DNA of 64,000 nucleotides from Candidatus Poribacteria bacterium (lineage in GTDB: Bacteria > Poribacteria > WGA-4E > PCPOR2b), in assembly GCA_965116925.1 (NCBI GenBank), contig OZ220744.1, positions 2,368,001-2,432,000 on the forward strand, read 5' to 3'. Positions within the stretch are counted from its first letter, which is position 1, and each line of letters opens with the position of its first letter. The translations under genes and the position numbers were made by a program. This document shows positions 50,086 to 59,986 of this stretch, piece after piece. Under the pieces are notes generated by a model. The model saw nothing but the letters and a program-made list of their open reading frames with translations. It ran no database searches and was not told the origin of the DNA.

Positions 50086-50199
50086 TGAAACGAAAAGAAT
50101 AATTACGTAATGCGTAATGCGTAAAATGGTTTCCTTACGTATTACGTATTACATAGCCTTTGTGCTTGATTTAAGCCTAACCATTCGGAGGATCGCAGT

Positions 50200-51684
50200 A
50201 TGGAACACACAAATATCACGGCGCGAGAAATTCGATTATTTGCGATACTCGCGCTCGTAGCAGGGATCATTTTTGACTACCTGTTTTTTGGAAAGGCAAT
50301 CGGGGTTTCATATCCGTTGTTTGTGGCTGTTTTCTACTGCGTATTCTGGGTTGCTTCACACAAACGGGTTTCGTTCCAAATTGACTTTGGTTGGTTTCTG
50401 TTTATCCCTATTTTATTGCTCTCGGCTGCGTTTGCCCTCCATTCAAACCCGGTGTTGCTTGCTCGCAATTTTGTCCTGATTCCACTGCTCCTGTTTGTTC
50501 AGACGACGCTGCTTGTCTATGGATATGAGTGGTCTAGCGTGCGATGCGTCGGCCGTTTTATAGGAAGATTGCTCAGTCGATTTTTTGACAATGCGCCAAA
50601 GGTATTCTTGGAGGTAATCTCGCTAGCAAAAGTCGCGTACAGAATGGCACCTGAAAAGCGTAAGACTCTCAAAAATATCCTCATTGGCTTGATAATTTCT
50701 GCGCCTCTCTTACTTATTGTAATTGCATTGCTCGCGGAGGCAGATACAGTTTTTCAGAACGTTATCGCTGATATTTTCAAGTCTTTGGAATTTATTGATT
50801 CCATTCCTTTCGCCGAGCATGTGGGAGTTATTGGGATTATCACAGTGTTGCTGTTTGGTTATTTGGCGGTTGTACTAAGGGCAGAGGTGGAGGGGGTGCC
50901 CGCACCGGCGGAGAGAGGTATAGGGGGCTGGGACGCTACGATCGTTGTTACGGTTTTGGTGATGGTGAACGCTGTTTACATTCTCTTCTGTGGGATTCAG
51001 TTTACATACCTTTTTGGGGGTGAGGAAGTGATTCGCTCTATCCCTAATTACACTTACGCAGAATACGCGAGACGGGGTTTTTCCGAGCTAATTGTTGTTA
51101 CCGTTATTAACCTAAGTATTTTACTGATAGGTCTGCGCGTCACCAAAAATGATGGAAAGTTAGATCGTTTAGTTCTTGTGCTACGCTGTCTGCTCGTACT
51201 TTGCACCGTGATTATGCTCTATTCCGCACACTTGCGATTGAAGTTGTATGAGGAGGCGTACGGCTACACCTACGCACGGATTTTTGCCCACACATTTATT
51301 GCTCTGCTTTTTGTGCTGTTTATGCTTACCCTTTACAAGTTCTGGCGGAGGGACTTCCCTTTGCTCAAAGCGTTTGCTATCGCGGCGTTGCTTACCTATA
51401 CCACCCTGAATTACCTCAACATTGACGCAGTTATTGCACGGAAAAACGTCGATAGGTACTTTACGACTGGTAAGATGGATCTTGACTATTTGCAGGAGTT
51501 GTCCTACGATGCGATACCGGAATTGAGGCGTTTGAGTGCTGCGGACAGTGGAGATGTGGATAAAAAGAAAGTGGAAGCATTTCTTCGGGATAAACAGACG
51601 CAGTTGGGGTCGCGAAGCCATTGGCAATCCTACAATCTCTCGAAGGCGAAGGCAAAACGGATTTTGTCTGAAATTCAGCAGTGA
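50200..51684 (+). CDS. DUF4153/DUF4173-like membrane protein
   Basis: TYAEYARRGFSEL, RL.LY..AYG.T..R, D.DYL..LS.DA. Confidence 0.8.
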   Translation: MEHTNITAREIRLFAILALVAGIIFDYLFFGKAIGVSYPLFVAVFYCVFWVASHKRVSFQIDFGWFLFIPILLLSAAFALHSNPVLLARNFVLIPLLLFVQTTLLVYGYEWSSVRCVGRFIGRLLSRFFDNAPKVFLEVISLAKVAYRMAPEKRKTLKNILIGLIISAPLLLIVIALLAEADTVFQNVIADIFKSLEFIDSIPFAEHVGVIGIITVLLFGYLAVVLRAEVEGVPAPAERGIGGWDATIVVTVLVMVNAVYILFCGIQFTYLFGGEEVIRSIPNYTYAEYARRGFSELIVVTVINLSILLIGLRVTKNDGKLDRLVLVLRCLLVLCTVIMLYSAHLRLKLYEEAYGYTYARIFAHTFIALLFVLFMLTLYKFWRRDFPLLKAFAIAALLTYTTLNYLNIDAVIARKNVDRYFTTGKMDLDYLQELSYDAIPELRRLSAADSGDVDKKKVEAFLRDKQTQLGSRSHWQSYNLSKAKAKRILSEIQQ

Positions 51685-51765
51685 TCTTTATAGGCAAGTT
51701 ACCACCTAAAATTAACCGCAGAGACGCAGAGAACACAGAGAATAAGAAAATGGGTAAAACATCTT

Positions 51766-51850
51766 GGCTCATGCTAAGAAATCGTAGAAACCGAGTTTTT
51801 TTCAAAACTTGGTTTCTCTTTATACTTTGCACTTTCTTTTTGTATGCCCC
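51766..51850. mobile_element. MITE family A copy (degenerate)
   Basis: GGCTCATGCTAAGAAA...TTTGCACTTTCTTTTTG; GAAACCGAG..CTTGGTTTC core. Confidence 0.65.
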
Positions 51851-52063
51851 TCAACCTTCGTCGCTGGTGAAGCCGTGTGCCTTACCGTAGCGGGGCAGCC
51901 AGTAGTCAAACCAAGTGGCTTCGCATCGTTCATCGCAGAATTTTAGGGATTTGCCATCGTATTCTACGCGCCATAAACGTCTGATCAACATCTTTCCACA
52001 GAGGTCGCAGTGGTGGATTTGTGTGGCGTATAGCGCATCGGAAATTGGTTCCCACTGAGCCAT
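51851..52063 (-). CDS. Small Cys4 metal-binding protein (TRASH/YHS-like)
   Basis: CDLC-x20-CDERC; TGATG overlap with the upstream gene; GGAGG RBS. Confidence 0.7.
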   Translation of the reverse strand: MAQWEPISDALYATQIHHCDLCGKMLIRRLWRVEYDGKSLKFCDERCEATWFDYWLPRYGKAHGFTSDEG

Positions 52064-53847
52064 CAAGATGCCCTCCTTTCGCGACGAAGATCGATTGTCC
52101 TATTTTCATCAACATACCAGTCTCCTGCTTCCTGAATAAGTGCCACGGCGTATATATCACACGCTTCTTCGGGTGATACCAAGCCTTCACGGACATCATC
52201 TAAAACCTCGCTTGGAACCCGTTTTTCAGGGGGACCGTACCCACCGCCTCCCGGGCTGACAATCCTAATTTCGTCTCCGGCTTGGATCTGAATATCGGCG
52301 AATTTATTGGGAGAGGCAGTTCCGTAGACTTCGGAAAATGTCCGCCACCGGTCATCTCCATTTTTCCGAATCCGCACCGCGCCGCTCGATCCTTCTTTAC
52401 CACCAAACAGTCCCCACGCCCCTGTCTCGTGCCGGTCCATAAAGCTCGAAACCGTGATTTCCGGTGCGAGCACTTCAATAATTCTTTCGCTGCCACAGCC
52501 GCCGCGATGCTGACCGTGCCCGCCCGAATCCTCGACGATACGGTATGTCTTCGTCAGCCAAGGGTAGCGTGTCTCAAAGACCTCAACTGGCGTATTTCGG
52601 CAATTTCCATTAATTGGGCATTGTGTGTGATTTCCGTCGCCGGTCGCCTTGCCTCCCCAGCCGCAGCCGTCGATGTGGTAGTTTGCGTAATACTGTCCTG
52701 TATTTGGGTGTATCCCTCCGAAAAGAAAGTTACAGGAACTGGCACCGGTCGCCGCGGCGACGCGCTCCGGCACTGCGCCTGATAGACAGCCGAATAGGAC
52801 ATCAACGATCCGCTCGTGAATCTCGGAGTTGCCCCCGACGCTGGGGCCAGGGTGTTTTACATTCACAACAGTGCCCGGTGGGACAATCAGTTGGATGGGG
52901 CGATAACAGCCTGAATTGCGGGGGATGGTCTGATCGGTGATGTTGAGCATTGCGTTGAACGTGGCAGAGGCGGTCACACCGTAGGTGCAGTTGCAGGGAC
53001 CCCGCGCTTGGGGACTTGAGCCGGTGTAATCAAAGAGGATGTTTTCGTCCTCCACGATGGCTGTGCAGTTGATGCGATACCGTTTGTCAGGAACAACGCC
53101 GTCATTCTCGATCCAGTCATCGAATTGGTACTCGCCGTTGGGGATGTCTCGGATTTCTGCCCGCATCCGTGCTTCGGAGTAGTCCATGAGCTGCTTGCCT
53201 GCGGTGAGAATTTCATCGAAACCGTACCGATCGAGGAGTTCATGGAGTCGCCGCTCTGCCACATTGAGCGATCCGAGCATCGCGTGAAAATCGCCCCAAG
53301 AGGTGCGCGGTGTCCGGTGATTTTCAAGGATAATTTTCCAGATGTCTTCAACGGGTTCGCCTTCTCGGATAATCTTGACCGGCGGCAATCGGAGCCCCTC
53401 TTGGTAGACCTCCTTGGCATCCGCTGCGAAACCGCCGACCGCTTTCCCACCAATCTCTGTGACGTGGGCGATGTTGCCGATGAACCCGTATAACTCGTCG
53501 TCGTGGTAGACCGCTTGAATCACTGTATGCTCCGGCATGTGACATCCGCCGCGGTAGGGGTCGTTGTGCATCACCACATCGCCGGGCTTGAAGTTTTCCA
53601 GACCGATTTCGGCGATCGTCCACTGCATGGTGTAGAGAATTGCGCCGATCTGGGCGGGACAGAACTCCGCATAAGCCACCATCTCGCCGTCGCGATCAAA
53701 GATAACGCAGGAGAAATCCAGTCCTTCGTTGAAGATGGAGGAGTAGGAGGTCTTCATCATTGCCAATCCCATCTCACGACAGGTATTGACGAGGTAGTTG
53801 TTGATGATGGTGAGTGTGACGCTGTCTATCGGTTTTTCTGTTTTCAT
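52063..53847 (-). CDS. Hydantoinase B / oxoprolinase family protein
   Basis: DFSCVIFD, NDPYRGGCH.PE, YQEGLRLPP, PVEVFE.RYP, PGGGGYG. Confidence 0.92.
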   Translation of the reverse strand: MKTEKPIDSVTLTIINNYLVNTCREMGLAMMKTSYSSIFNEGLDFSCVIFDRDGEMVAYAEFCPAQIGAILYTMQWTIAEIGLENFKPGDVVMHNDPYRGGCHMPEHTVIQAVYHDDELYGFIGNIAHVTEIGGKAVGGFAADAKEVYQEGLRLPPVKIIREGEPVEDIWKIILENHRTPRTSWGDFHAMLGSLNVAERRLHELLDRYGFDEILTAGKQLMDYSEARMRAEIRDIPNGEYQFDDWIENDGVVPDKRYRINCTAIVEDENILFDYTGSSPQARGPCNCTYGVTASATFNAMLNITDQTIPRNSGCYRPIQLIVPPGTVVNVKHPGPSVGGNSEIHERIVDVLFGCLSGAVPERVAAATGASSCNFLFGGIHPNTGQYYANYHIDGCGWGGKATGDGNHTQCPINGNCRNTPVEVFETRYPWLTKTYRIVEDSGGHGQHRGGCGSERIIEVLAPEITVSSFMDRHETGAWGLFGGKEGSSGAVRIRKNGDDRWRTFSEVYGTASPNKFADIQIQAGDEIRIVSPGGGGYGPPEKRVPSEVLDDVREGLVSPEEACDIYAVALIQEAGDWYVDENRTIDLRRERRAS

Positions 53848-53975
53848 TTATTTTCTCTAGTCAGGAATTTATAGTATGTGTGCCCGTCAGAAATCGAGTT
53901 CTTAGAAAAACTTGGTTTCTCGGAGAACAGCCTAACAGCAAACCTACCCTCCAAAAGTATCAACCCAATTAGGTT

Positions 53976-54464
53976 TTATTGCTTTTTGAAGACAATGACC
54001 TCACCATCGTCGCTGTTAATTGTGAGGGTATTCCCGCTTCTAGACCATGTACCGGTATCTTCGTCTGCACCTCCAAAAAAAGTAGGTGCTTCTCCTTCCG
54101 TTGTGATTGTGAGTGTATAGCTGGAGCCAGATAGAGAGTAAGTACCCATAAATTTAACTGAACTCTGTAGTGAAAATTCGGTCCCTCCCTCTTTTACTTC
54201 AACCTTTACAGCAAAATCCGCATCCATCATTCCGTCGTCATTAAACGTCCAGTTGTTGGTAACAATAGAAAAATTTATGCTTTCTTCTCCAAAATCTGCT
54301 GCCAAAGCTTGTTCTAAACTCTGACCATCAATGCTTTCTATTGCCCATGTGCCGACCCAATCATTCTCATCATCTTCACTACCACAACCGACGACTCCGA
54401 TAATAAGAAATGCACCAAGGCCAACTAACCACAAAAACGAACGGGGACTTACTTGTTGAAACAT
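53976..54464 (-). CDS. Lipoprotein, lipocalin-like
   Basis: Lipobox VVGC, WVGTW, GTY..SG..TL and GTW..SG..LT. Confidence 0.7.
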   Translation of the reverse strand: MFQQVSPRSFLWLVGLGAFLIIGVVGCGSEDDENDWVGTWAIESIDGQSLEQALAADFGEESINFSIVTNNWTFNDDGMMDADFAVKVEVKEGGTEFSLQSSVKFMGTYSLSGSSYTLTITTEGEAPTFFGGADEDTGTWSRSGNTLTINSDDGEVIVFKKQ

Positions 54465-54555
54465 TTTTTGTTTTCCTTATTAAGTTGGAATAAACTTTAG
54501 ATTTTTGAATAAGAAACAATAAGGAAAACAGGCCACAAATGCCTATCTCCCTTTT

Positions 54556-54638
54556 GGCTTCATGAAACCGATGTCGAGATAGGGCGGGGCAGGATGCCCC
54601 ACCTACGGTTTCCGTTGCACGCTTTCTTAACATGAGCC
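54556..54638. mobile_element. MITE family A copy (degenerate)
   Basis: Right end TTGCACGCTTTCTTAACATGAGCC; core GGCGGGGCAGGATGCCCCACCTAC as at ~2316. Confidence 0.65.
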
Positions 54639-54700
54639 AATACTTTTTAACCCACTTTCCTACTTCAGAATCATCATCTGTCGTGTGGCGGAGTAGTTGG

Positions 54701-56386
54701 CTACTGTGAGAACGCATCTGCAACCCACACCAGATCCAACATATTAACTATCCCATCTCCGTTAATATCTGTTGGTAAATCCGGACCTTCACTACCAAAT
54801 GCGGACGCAACCAAAACCAAATCTAGGAGATTCACGACACCGTCGTCGTTGACATCCGTTGCAATCGGTGGTGGTTCTGTATCCGAGATAACGTTAAAGA
54901 TTACCGGATCATCTATAACCAATCCCGCAGCGGTTGCGGAAACGGTGTGTATTCCCAAATTCTCTCCTAGCGTGAGTGTGCTCTGCGCCCTGCCATTTTC
55001 CTCAGTGGTTGTGTGTGTGACACTGAGCGTTCCGTCGCCGGCAGTCACGGCAAACGTGACCGGAACCCCCTCAAACGCGGAACCGTACTCATCCCGCACT
55101 TCAACGACAAATGGGTTCAGTGTTACAGAGGGAGCACCGCGCTGGTAACCCGAGATATTCAGGATGGTCGTAGGGGTACGGTGGCGAAAACGGAAGCTAA
55201 CGCCTCTCGCCCTTAGGATCGGGATGTGTGTGTGAATTGATGGGTAGTTAAGAGAATTTTCTCGCAGCCCAACTATGTCTTCGTCCCCTAACCCCGTATT
55301 TGTTACTAGGGTTGAGATATCCGATATAGCGTTGTCATATAGCCACAGCCATTTTAGATTAGTCAATCCTGCTAGCGGTGAAATGTCCGATATGGAATTG
55401 TGCACAAGAGACAGTTCCGTCAGATTGATTAGTCCTGCCAGTGCCGAAATATCAGATAGTGAATTACCCCCAAGATCTAGATCTATCAGGTTAGTCAATC
55501 CCGTCAGAGGCGAAATATCGGATATAAAGTTACTCACAAGATATAACCGTTTCAGGTTGCTTAGTCCTGCCAGAGGCGAAATATCGGATATTGGATTATT
55601 TCTAAGAGACAGTCCTGTCAGTGTGGTTAATTCCATCAGCGGCGAAATATCGGATATTGGGTTATTCGTAAGAGAGAGCCATTTCAGGTTAATCAGGTCC
55701 GCTATAGGTGAAATATCCGATATAGGGTTGTCGTCAAGAGTTAGCGATATCAGGTTGGTCAACCCTGTCAGCGGCGGAATATCTGATATAGAATTGTCGT
55801 TAAGATCCAGCCCCGTTAGGCTGGTCAACTCTGTCAACGGTGAAATGTCTGATATAAAGTTGTTCCCAAGACCCACTCCTGTCAGGTGAGTCAATCCTGC
55901 TAGCGGCGAAATATCCGATACGGAGTTGTCATCAAGACCTAGTTCTATCAGGTTGGTCAATCCCGCCAGCGGTGAAATGTCTGATATAGAGTTGCCCCAA
56001 AGATATAGAACTGACAGGTTAGTTAATCCTGCCAGAGGCGAAATATCTGATACGGAGTTGTACCCAAGGTTTAACCATGTCAGGTTAGTTAATCCTGCTA
56101 CAGATGAGATATCCGATACAGAGTTGCCCTCAAGATCCAACCCTGTCAGATTGATTGCGAACTCCAGTCCGGTCAAATCGCTTATGCTAGCGTCGTCTCC
56201 TTCAAGATCTGTCAAGATCTCCATCTCTGCCACAGTGATTATGGCACCTGACGCTTTGCCGAGGGCGGCTTCGACGACAGTGCGGAGGTTGGGGTCGGGG
56301 ATGTTCACTGTTTGTGCCGTTGTTGTCAACGGAATCGAGACGCAGATTAACAGGAAAAAAGTGAGACGAAAAAGTTGTGTTCTCAT
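54701..56386 (-). CDS. Internalin-like LRR protein (LRR1): ~13 22-aa repeats, Ig-like and dockerin-like domains; C-terminal domain deleted
   Basis: Signal peptide, IPDPNLR cap, L..L.L..N.ISDISPL repeats, DVNDDGVVN. Confidence 0.9.
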   Translation of the reverse strand: MRTQLFRLTFFLLICVSIPLTTTAQTVNIPDPNLRTVVEAALGKASGAIITVAEMEILTDLEGDDASISDLTGLEFAINLTGLDLEGNSVSDISSVAGLTNLTWLNLGYNSVSDISPLAGLTNLSVLYLWGNSISDISPLAGLTNLIELGLDDNSVSDISPLAGLTHLTGVGLGNNFISDISPLTELTSLTGLDLNDNSISDIPPLTGLTNLISLTLDDNPISDISPIADLINLKWLSLTNNPISDISPLMELTTLTGLSLRNNPISDISPLAGLSNLKRLYLVSNFISDISPLTGLTNLIDLDLGGNSLSDISALAGLINLTELSLVHNSISDISPLAGLTNLKWLWLYDNAISDISTLVTNTGLGDEDIVGLRENSLNYPSIHTHIPILRARGVSFRFRHRTPTTILNISGYQRGAPSVTLNPFVVEVRDEYGSAFEGVPVTFAVTAGDGTLSVTHTTTEENGRAQSTLTLGENLGIHTVSATAAGLVIDDPVIFNVISDTEPPPIATDVNDDGVVNLLDLVLVASAFGSEGPDLPTDINGDGIVNMLDLVWVADAFSQ

Positions 56387-56584
56387 GGGGTTATCTCCTC
56401 CGCGATTGGAAATGCGTGTGAAATCTCTGTGGATTGATTGCCTGTTACTTTTATCCAGACGCGGATCTCGGTTTCACTAGAGAGAATTTTATGCCGATCA
56501 GCATACTACAAAATAAGGGGGTAAGTCAACGTTTTTTTCAGGTTTGATGTTCTTGGAGAGGCAATTTCCGCTCAGGTTTTTTGG

Positions 56585-56613
56585 TTTACAGAGACCTTCT
56601 GTCATGCTATAAT
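56585..56613 (+). promoter_or_regulatory. sigma70-type promoter upstream of ribE, duplicated at 60016-60044
   Basis: TTTACA-17-TATAAT with TGn. Confidence 0.65.
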
Positions 56614-56698
56614 AACTCACCTAATCTACGATCAACATCCCTGATACAAATCGGGGGAACAGACTCTAACAGGGAGATTGAAACTAAAGCAGATAGTC

Positions 56699-57343
56699 AT
56701 GTTCACAGGAATTGTTGCCGAGTTGGGAACCGTAAAGGGGATTCAGCGCAGCTCACAGGCGGGAGTGCTGACCATTACAGCCGCAGAGGTATTATCGGAT
56801 GGGGTTGTCGGGGATAGTATTGCGATAGATGGGGTCTGTCTGACGATCACGGATCTGACGCACGACAGTTTCACGGCAGATGTTTCTGCTGAGACATTAC
56901 GTCGCACAACATTGGGTTCCCTCAAGCCGGGCGATCCGGTCAATCTTGAGAGCGCGTTGCGCTTGGCGGATCGGTTGGGCGGGCATCTCGTTTTAGGGCA
57001 TGTTGACGAGGTCGGGATCATCAGCGGTTGGCAGGACGAAGGCACATCATCATTGATGCGCGTTTCGATTTCTCCTGAAGCAATGCGGTATGTGGTGTAT
57101 AAGGGCTCAGTCTGTGTTGACGGTGTCAGTCTGACAATCTCAAATCTGTTTGACGATGGTTTTGAGGTCGCGCTTATCCCCCACACCAAGCAGGTGACGA
57201 CGTTGGGACATAAACGGGTTGGCGATCGTGTGAATATCGAGGTAGATCTGTTAGGGCGGTATATCGAACGGTTGTTGACTTATCCATCTGTCGAAGGGGC
57301 ATCAATCGATATGGACTTCTTAGCAAAGCACGGGTATATTTGA
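56699..57343 (+). CDS. ribE: Riboflavin synthase (alpha chain)
   Basis: MFTGIV, GDSIAIDGVCLT, GGHLVLGHVD. Confidence 0.95.
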   Translation: MFTGIVAELGTVKGIQRSSQAGVLTITAAEVLSDGVVGDSIAIDGVCLTITDLTHDSFTADVSAETLRRTTLGSLKPGDPVNLESALRLADRLGGHLVLGHVDEVGIISGWQDEGTSSLMRVSISPEAMRYVVYKGSVCVDGVSLTISNLFDDGFEVALIPHTKQVTTLGHKRVGDRVNIEVDLLGRYIERLLTYPSVEGASIDMDFLAKHGYI

Positions 57344-57360
57344 AATCAAAATTTCGACTA

Positions 57361-57520
57361 TGATGAATTCTAAAAACAGATAGACACTTTCGCCCCTCGG
57401 TTTCGATCCCGATTCTCGGGATTCCGATGTATCGGAACAGGAATACGGGACGAGGAGAACGGTAGGTGCGGTTTTCTAACCGCACCAGCTTGGAGTGTCC
57501 CATTAATTCTAATTAACCCA
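57361..57520. mobile_element. MITE family B copy
   Basis: TA-TGATGAATTC..TAGACACTTT left end; GGAGTGTCCCATTAATTCTAA right end; GGTAGGTGCGGTT..AACCGCACC core. Confidence 0.65.
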
Positions 57521-57525
57521 CTTTC

Positions 57526-59721
57526 CTACTTGAGAATCGTCATCTTCCGTGTGGCAGAATAATCGCCCGCTGTAAGGGTGTAAAAGTAAGTGCCACTTGC
57601 CATAGGTTCGCCGAATTCATTTTTGCCATCCCAATAGGCGGCACGGCTGCGGGTCTGATATATACCTGCGGGTTGATGTCCGAAGGCTAACTGCCGAACT
57701 GCTTGTCCGCTTGTGTCGTAAATAGTCAAGGTGACATCTGCCTCCTTTGCAAGATTATACGGTATCCACGTCTCCGGATTGAACGGATTTGGATAGTTGA
57801 GCAACAAAACAGTTTCTTTCGGTATCAGTGTTGCAAGAAGTTGCTCTAGAAACAGAATGCCTTTTAGAGACGTTGCATCTGTGAGATCTAGTTGTTGTGC
57901 TTGGGAAAGCCACCACTTTACATCTGCTGCGGTCAACATTTCAAATGCTTGTGCCGACGGTGCGGCCTCCGCAGCTCCAAACGCATCCGCAACCCATACC
58001 AAATCCGAAATATTAACTACCCCATCTCCATTAACATCCGTTGCTATATCCGGGCCCTTGCTCCCGAATGCGGACGCAACCAAAATCAAATCTAGGAGAT
58101 TCACGACACCGTCGTCGTTGACATCCGTTGCAATCGGTGGTGGTTCTGTATCGGAGATAACGTTAAAGATTACCGGATCATCTATAACCCATCCCGCAGC
58201 GGTTGCAGAAACGGTGTGTATTCCCAAATTCTCTCCTAGCGTGAGCGTGCTCTGCGCCCTGCCGTTTTCATCAGTAGTTGTGTGTGTGGCACTGAGTCTA
58301 CCGTCACCGGCAGTCACGGCAAACGTGACCGGAACTCCCCCAAACGCAGAACCGTACTCATCTCGCACTTCAACGACAAATGGTTTCAGCGTTACAGAGG
58401 GGGAGCCGCGCTGGTAGCCTGAGATTTTCAAGATTGCCGAAGGGGTACGGTGGCGAAAAATTACCTTAACTCGTCTTTCTTTTAAAATTGGGATGTGTGT
58501 GTTAAGCGATGGGTAGCTCAAGGGATTGCCTCGCAGCTCAACTTCATCTGCATACCCCAACCCTGTATTTGCTACCAACGCTGAGACATCCAATATAGAG
58601 TTATTCGCAAGGTATAACCATGTCAGATGAGTCAATCCTGTCACAGCCGAAATATCAGATATGGAGTTATTCGCAAGGTATAACCATGTCAGATGAGTCA
58701 ATCCCGCCACTGGTGAAATATCGGATATAGAGTTGCCTTCAAGATCGAGATCTGTTAGATGAATCAATCCCACCACAGGCGAAATATCAGATATAGAATT
58801 GCCTCCCAGATATAGCAATGTCAGCTTGGTTAATCCGGCTGTCGCCGATATATCGGATACCGAGTTCTCCCCCAGATCTAGCTCTTTGAGGTCGGCTAAT
58901 CCCATCACTGCTGATATATCCAACACTGCGTTGTCCCGAAGAGACAACATGGTCAGGTTAGTCAATCCTGCTAGGGGCGAAATATCGGATATAGAGTTAC
59001 CCTCCAAATACAGTTGTGTCAGGCTGGTTAATTCTGCCGCAGCCGAAATATCCGCTATCAAGTTACTACCCAAAAACAGCGATGTCAGATTAGGTAATCC
59101 TGCTAGGGGCGAAATATCGGATACCGAGTTCTTTGAAAGGCGTAGTGCTATCAGGTTAGTCAACCCTGCTATGGGTGAAATATCGGGTATAGAGTTGTAT
59201 CTTAAATCCAACTCTATCAGTTTGTTTAATCCCGCCACGGGCGCAATATCGGATATAGAGTTACCTCCAAAAAATAACTTAGTCAGATTAGTTAATCCCG
59301 CCACGGGCGCAATATCGGATATAGAGTTATCCCAAAGGTCTAGCCGTGTTAGATTAATCAACCCTGCTACAGGCGCAATATCGGATATAGCGTTGCGTCC
59401 AAGAGATAGCTTTGTCAGGTTAGTTAATCCCGCTAGGGGCGCAATATCGGATATAGAGTTATCCCAAAGATACAGTCGTGTCAAATTAGTCGCGAACTCG
59501 AGTCCGGTCAAATCGCTTATGCTAGCGTCCTGTCCTTCAAGGCGGGTCAAAGTCCCCATCTCTGCTACAGTGATTGGGTCCCCCGATGCTTTACGGAGAG
59601 CGGATTCGATAACAGCACGGAGGTTTGGGTCGGGAAGGTTCACCGTTTGCGCCCTTGTCGGCAATGGAATCGAGACGCAAATTAGCAGGAAAAAAGTGAG
59701 ACGAAAAAATTGTGTTTTCAT
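57526..59721 (-). CDS. Internalin-like LRR protein (LRR2): ~14 repeats, Ig-like, dockerin-like and C-terminal FlgD-Ig/T9SS-like sorting domain
   Basis: Same architecture as LRR1 plus NYPNPFNPETWIPY...WDG.N..GE..ASG.YFY..RKM.ILK. Confidence 0.92.
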   Translation of the reverse strand: MKTQFFRLTFFLLICVSIPLPTRAQTVNLPDPNLRAVIESALRKASGDPITVAEMGTLTRLEGQDASISDLTGLEFATNLTRLYLWDNSISDIAPLAGLTNLTKLSLGRNAISDIAPVAGLINLTRLDLWDNSISDIAPVAGLTNLTKLFFGGNSISDIAPVAGLNKLIELDLRYNSIPDISPIAGLTNLIALRLSKNSVSDISPLAGLPNLTSLFLGSNLIADISAAAELTSLTQLYLEGNSISDISPLAGLTNLTMLSLRDNAVLDISAVMGLADLKELDLGENSVSDISATAGLTKLTLLYLGGNSISDISPVVGLIHLTDLDLEGNSISDISPVAGLTHLTWLYLANNSISDISAVTGLTHLTWLYLANNSILDVSALVANTGLGYADEVELRGNPLSYPSLNTHIPILKERRVKVIFRHRTPSAILKISGYQRGSPSVTLKPFVVEVRDEYGSAFGGVPVTFAVTAGDGRLSATHTTTDENGRAQSTLTLGENLGIHTVSATAAGWVIDDPVIFNVISDTEPPPIATDVNDDGVVNLLDLILVASAFGSKGPDIATDVNGDGVVNISDLVWVADAFGAAEAAPSAQAFEMLTAADVKWWLSQAQQLDLTDATSLKGILFLEQLLATLIPKETVLLLNYPNPFNPETWIPYNLAKEADVTLTIYDTSGQAVRQLAFGHQPAGIYQTRSRAAYWDGKNEFGEPMASGTYFYTLTAGDYSATRKMTILK

Positions 59722-59853
59722 GGATTTATCCCCCTAGCAGTTGGAAATGTGAGTAGGTATCTGTGCCTTGGTGGTTTGTTACCCTTATCCGAACGGGGCA
59801 TCTAATTTCCCCGCCATAGCCTCGATCGCCCGGTCAAGGCTACGGGAGAATTA

Positions 59854-59986
59854 TGGAATAAATAGAACTTTTGCCCCTCGGCTTCGATCCCTCCGATAAA
59901 TCGGGGTAAACTAATTATCGGGGCCGGTAGGTGCGGTTAGGAAACCGCACCGATTTGGAGTGTCTTATTCATTCTAAGATCCACTA
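59854..59986. mobile_element. MITE family B copy
   Basis: Right end GGAGTGTC..TTCTAAGATCCACTA-TA; same core as the 57361 copy. Confidence 0.65.

Noticed and set aside
56617..56698. FMN riboswitch upstream of ribE
   Set aside because: Leader is too short and lacks the conserved RFN segments.
54701..59721. Diversity-generating retroelement acting on the LRR genes
   Set aside because: No reverse transcriptase or template repeat in the window; I saw no adenine-restricted pattern, though this was not computed.
55275..59737. Long + strand ORFs (204, 184, 206, 312 aa)
   Set aside because: Antisense shadows of the repetitive LRR genes.
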